DNA of 63,930 nt, counting the filler, from Octopus bimaculoides (Eukaryota), in NCBI RefSeq assembly GCF_001194135.2. It is 5 parts of 5 records of this genome, joined end to end, with 100 filler letters (N's around TTAATTAATTAA, not from the genome) between each part and the next. Parts side by side here need not be neighbours in the genome. Positions count along the whole stretch, not along the records: positions 49,320 to 59,751 come from NC_069009.1; positions 59,852 to 63,930 come from NC_069007.1; 3 more parts are not named here. One strand, 5' to 3'. Within the stretch, counting starts at the first letter, position 1. The number at the start of each line of letters is the position of its first letter. A program made the translations under genes and the position numbers. The notes beneath the pieces are model-generated. The model was not told the DNA's origin and made no database searches. It saw only the letters and a list, made by a program, of their open reading frames with translations. Of the stretch, positions 59,166 to 63,930 are shown one piece after another.

Positions 59166-60764
59166 GGCACTTATGTTATATATATATATATATATATTTT
59201 TATCTATATCCAATACATGCATATAACCACACATATATCAAACTGTATCTTTTCTGTTTATTTTACCAAACTTATACACACACAGAAACATACATACATA
59301 CACACACACACACATATATACATATATTATTCAAAGGAATTCCAAATCTGTCTGTTTTTTATGTTTTATTTATATTCTTATGATATCAATGTAGGATATA
59401 TAATATATATAATATATTCAGTAAAATGAAATGAAGTATTGATTGTCTTATTGAATAAATGAAATATTGAATATTGAATATTAAATATTAAGTATTGAAT
59501 ATTAAGGGACTAGTATACTTTGTTGCATTTTAGCAGTTTTCAAGGTCCCGCGCTGTGACAGGAGTGTTGACAACAATATATATATGTGCACAGGTGTGTG
59601 TAGGGATATATATATATATACACAAAGACTCCTTCAAAAATATGAATGTGTCATTTGAGAGACATTTCAAATGAAAGAAATGACAGTTTACACAAGACGA
59701 TCCACTCTCCACTACAACAATGACCACCGCATCACAAATGCACAGGTACACNNNNNNNNNNNNNNNNNNNNNNNNNNNNNNNNNNNNNNNNNNNNTTAAT
59801 TAATTAANNNNNNNNNNNNNNNNNNNNNNNNNNNNNNNNNNNNNNNNNNNNTAAAGGAATAAAATATACGTGAATGTATACATATATCTATGTGTGTGTA
59901 TATATATGTGTATATATATATATGTGTGTGTGTGTGTGTATGTGTGTGTATGTGTATGTGTGTATGCGTGTGTATACATATATATATATATATGTATATG
60001 TATATATATATGTATGTATATGTATATACATATATATATTTACATCTACATATATATATGTATGCGTGTCTCTGTGTATGTGTATACGTATGTATATGTA
60101 TGTATGTGTATACGTATATCATTATTCAGTTTATTTCAAGATGTATGTATGAATGTATGAATGTATGTATGTATGTAAGCATGTATGTGCGTATGTATGT
60201 ATGTACGCACGTATGAATGTATGTATATATGTATGTATTAATGACCATATTGCAGTTTGATAAATCCGTTTTGATCTCCCTCTTCTCAGCCAGCGGTGTA
60301 TTTTCTAAAGAACTTCTTATTCAGTGAACATCGAATCATTTTAACACTTCAATACTTTGAATAATTAGCTTTCTTGAGTAGAAAATTAACATACGTGGAT
60401 GAGAAGTGGAGAGAGAAGTGCCGCAGTAAGTAAGCAGCATGTGTATATTAGAGGGAAGCGTGTGTGTTTGTAAGGTAAAAAAAAAAACAAGAAATCATGA
60501 ACAAATGACCTAGAGGAGGTTTGTGTGGTTAGATAAGAAAAAGTAAAGGCCAACAACTGAACAACATTCGAACACTTTGTTATTGTTGTCGTTGTTGTTT
60601 TTGTTGTTGTTTTTTGTTGTTACTGTTGCTGTGGAGTTGTTAAAATTGCTGAAGCTGTCGCTGTTATTCGTGTAGTTGTTGTTGTAATTGCTGTTGCTAC
60701 TTGTTTTTGTCGTTGTCATTGCTGTTGATGGTGATACTGTCATCGTAGATGTTGCTATAGCGGT

Positions 60765-60950
60765 TACTGGCAGAATCGTTAGCACGCTGGTCAAAATACT
60801 TAGCGGTATTTCAATCCGTCTGTATGTTCTAAGTTCAAATTCCACCGTGGTCGTTTTTGCCTTTTATCCTTTCCTGATCGATTAGTACTGGGATCGAAGT
60901 AATCGACTCCCCAAATTTCTGCCCTTGTGGCAAAATTTGAAACCGTTATT
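60765..60950 (+). mobile_element. SINE family M
   Basis: CTGGCAGAATCGTTAGCACGCTGG..GTTCAAATTCC..GCCTTTTATCCTTTCC..GTAATCGACT. Confidence 0.8.
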
Positions 60951-60968
60951 ATCATTATTGTTGTTGGT

Positions 60969-61048
60969 CTTCTTCTTCTTCTTCTTCTTCTTCTTCTTCT
61001 TCTTCTTCTTCTTCTTCTTCTTCTTCTTCTTTTTCTTCTTCTTCTTCT

Positions 61049-61095
<47 letters not shown>

Positions 61096-61119
61096 TTATT
61101 CTTCTTCTTCTTCTTCTTA

Positions 61120-61172
<53 letters not shown>

Positions 61173-61415
61173 CTGAAGAAGAAGAAGAAGAAGAAGAAGA
61201 AGAAAAAGAGGAGGAGGAGGAGGAGGAGGAGAAGGAAGAGGAAGATGATAATGACGACGACGATGATAATGAGGATGATGATGATGATGACGAAAACGAT
61301 GATGACGACAACAACGACGACGACGATGATTATAATGATGATGATGACGATGAGGAGGAGAAGGAGGAGGATGTGGATAATGATAATGATGGCGATGATG
61401 ATGATGATGATGAAT
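60969..61415. repeat. (TTC)/(ATT)/(GAA)/(GAT) compound microsatellite
   Basis: Direct. Confidence 0.95.
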
Positions 61416-62269
61416 AACGACATCGCTTCCCCTCCACCAACCCTTGCAAAACAATTTTATCACAAGAAAATGGAAAGTGCATTTCACATCGATCTATCGG
61501 GACCAGTAAGTGTTTGAAGGTCCGCGAGTTCAATAACAGATAACATCCCTGGAGATTCACTTTAATTGCAATATTATTAAAAACAATTTAACGAGTGGGA
61601 AACCTCTTGGACCTGCCTCAAGGAAAGAAATAATACTGTGGCACAATGTGTCGTCCTTCTCAATTTTTTTATTGACACAATGATGCACTTTAACAAAGAT
61701 TTGGCTGTTATTTCTAGCAGGTTTCAAGTGTGCTCTTCCCATGAGGGTCAATCAGTCACGACTTCCGGTGTATTTGGTAGTTGAAATTTCGATTAACTAA
61801 AATTACATAATTTGAAACGCCTGTAACTTTTTTTATTGTTAATTTCTAGAAAAAAAAAATGAATGAAATTTTCGTCGAACTACATTTTTTGAAAATAATC
61901 TTGGGAAAATTTGAAAAATAACTTTAAATGGTTTGAAGAAATTTAACAAGATTCTATCTGTATATGTGTGTATATATTGATATGGCACTGTGTGAATGTG
62001 TATATTCTGTATATATATGTGTATCTTTCGTTTTACAGCTGTTCATGTCTGTTTGTGTGTATTTGTGTATGTGTATATCGCTTTATGTAATTTGTGTGTT
62101 TGTATAGGTATATGTGTATGTGTATGTGTGTGTACGTCTGCGAATGCGTATGTCCTGCTAGGCAAAGTAACTGTACAATTATCTTGTAGAGAGATAAAAA
62201 TAGAACTACAGTAGTTAAAAACTTTAAAAAAAACGCAAAAACATAAAATTGATTTAAGAATATAATTTG

Positions 62270-62622
62270 AATGGTGAAGAAAGAGAAAGAGAGGCGAGGA
62301 TAGAGAGTAAGGAAGATAGACAGAGAATTGAAGAGAGGGGCGGAAGGAGAGAGAGAGAATGAGAGAGAGAGGGAGAGAGATGGCTAGTGAGACAGGGAGA
62401 GAGATGGCGAGAGAAAGAGCGACGCAGAGGGAGAGAGAGAGAGAGGGGAGAGTGACAGCGAGAGAGAGATAAGGAGAGAAAGGCAGAGAGTGAGAGAGGC
62501 AGAGAGTGAGAGAGGCAGAGAGTGAGAGAGGCAGAGAGTGAGAGAGGCAGAGAGTGAGAGAGAAAGACAAAGAGAGAAGCAGAGACAGAAGCAAAGAGAG
62601 ACCAAGGAAGACAGCGGTAGAG
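62270..62622. repeat. GA-rich tract with GAGAGTGAGAGAGGCA units
   Basis: Direct. Confidence 0.85.
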
Positions 62623-63039
62623 NNNNNNNNNNNNNNNNNNNNNNNNNNNNNNNNNNNNNNNNNNNNNNNNNNNNNNNNNNNNNNNNNNNNNNNNNNNNNN
62701 NNNNNNNNNNNNNNNNNNNNNNNNNNNNNNNNNNNNNNNNNNNNNNNNNNNNNNNNNNNNNNNNNNNNNNNNNNNNNNNNNNNNNNNNNNNNNNNNNNNN
62801 NNNNNNNNNNNNNNNNNNNNNNNNNNNNNNNNNNNNNNNNNNNNNNNNNNNNNNNNNNNNNNNNNNNNNNNNNNNNNNNNNNNNNNNNNNNNNNNNNNNN
62901 NNNNNNNNNNNNNNNNNNNNNNNNNNNGATTTTATGGAATCGATCTGACGATTGCACGAAAATCAATAAATAGATCGTTCGGTTCTTATCAAGGGACCAA
63001 TTTTATATTTTTTCTCTCGTCTTGGATGACGAAGACGCA

Positions 63040-63150
63040 GCTGGAGTGCTGACGTCAAAGAGTGAATGGGGGTGGGCATGAGTGGAGACCGCAATGTTTA
63101 GCAAAGAGGGGTGGCTGTGCCTAAGGCATCCGCCCCACCCCCACCCCGTC
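63040..63150. promoter_or_regulatory. Possible cis-regulatory cluster (CRE palindrome + GC box)
   Basis: TGACGTCA at 63050-63057 and CCGCCCCACCCC at 63130-63141 in non-repetitive, CpG-retaining sequence; motifs only. Confidence 0.2.
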
Positions 63151-63261
63151 TCTCAGTTATGTGGATCAGCAAACTCGCCACCACATCATTTTCTAACTGG
63201 ACTTTGGACCTAATTTCACACTTCTTTAATGATCAAAGCAATTAAATAACCAGAGCGTTGA

Positions 63262-63410
63262 ACTGGCGGAATCGTTAGCACACCGGGTCAAAATGATTAC
63301 CGATATTTCACCCCTCGTTACGTTCTGAGTTTAAATACCGCCGAGGTCGACTTTACCTTTTATCCTTTCGGGATCGATAAATTTAGTACAAATGAAACAC
63401 TGGGGTGTCT
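63262..63410 (+). mobile_element. SINE family M
   Basis: CTGGCGGAATCGTTAGCACACCGGG..CGCCGAGGTCGACTTTACCTTTTATCCTTTCGGGATCGATAAATT. Confidence 0.85.
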
Positions 63411-63498
63411 GTAGGTAGTAGACGGGATTATCTTGTACATGACTATATATTCTTGAGTCAGAAGTGATTCCTGAGAAATTTTTACGTTTCTACGGCAC

Positions 63499-63533
<35 letters not shown>

Positions 63534-63930
63534 AAAGGCATTGCTATCTGTTTAATGTCAAATATTTAATCTGTAGAGCATAATGCAGTAAAAAATGTTC
63601 CCTTATGAAACGGGGCTGTTCCGAATTGAACTGCACTCGGAACACCCACCGCAGAGGATGTGCAAAACGACAATATTGAAACGAACGCAATAAAATGCAT
63701 GTTGCGTCTATCATACATTTTCATAAATATAAATGTGTGTGTGTGTGCGTGTATGTGGGCCTGTGTATGTATGTGTGTGTTTATATGAGTGTATTGTCGA
63801 CAAAGCTATAAGCCCCGCGTGTGTCGGTATTCCACAGACTATAAAGGAATTCAAGAATTCACAGCCTTTCTCCGTTCGCGAATACCTTTATTTTCTGTAG
63901 AATATACGTATATATATATATATATATATA

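Overview
Repeat-dominated, gap-riddled animal genomic DNA. The SINE families, REL-type LINEs and microsatellite load suggest a cephalopod such as Octopus (inference, not a database match). I recognise no intact host protein-coding gene; most ORFs in the track are microsatellite or N-gap artefacts. Supported content: decayed retroelements (RTE, R4/Dong-like REL LINEs, a Penelope-like GIY-YIG element, L1/Tx1-like elements), five Tc1/mariner relics (three DD37D-like, two mariner-like), several MITEs, three SINE-like families in many copies, and abundant simple repeats. Most notable: (1) a head-to-tail array of three L1/Tx1-like units at 10.4-14.2 kb; the one complete unit carries a Gag-like ORF1 but only the C-terminal tip of ORF2 (HAL1/HeT-A-like organisation) and its 3' tail resembles a local SINE tail; (2) an ~830-bp palindromic element at 42.1-42.9 kb built from a 358-bp unit carrying a type I hammerhead-ribozyme-like fold (retrozyme/Penelope pLTR-like); (3) further minimal hammerhead-like motifs, one with a G3/C8 compensatory core swap; (4) REL LINE fragments sitting in (TAA)n and (TACA)n microsatellites. 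Coordinates of decayed elements are approximate and family assignments come from motif recognition by eye.
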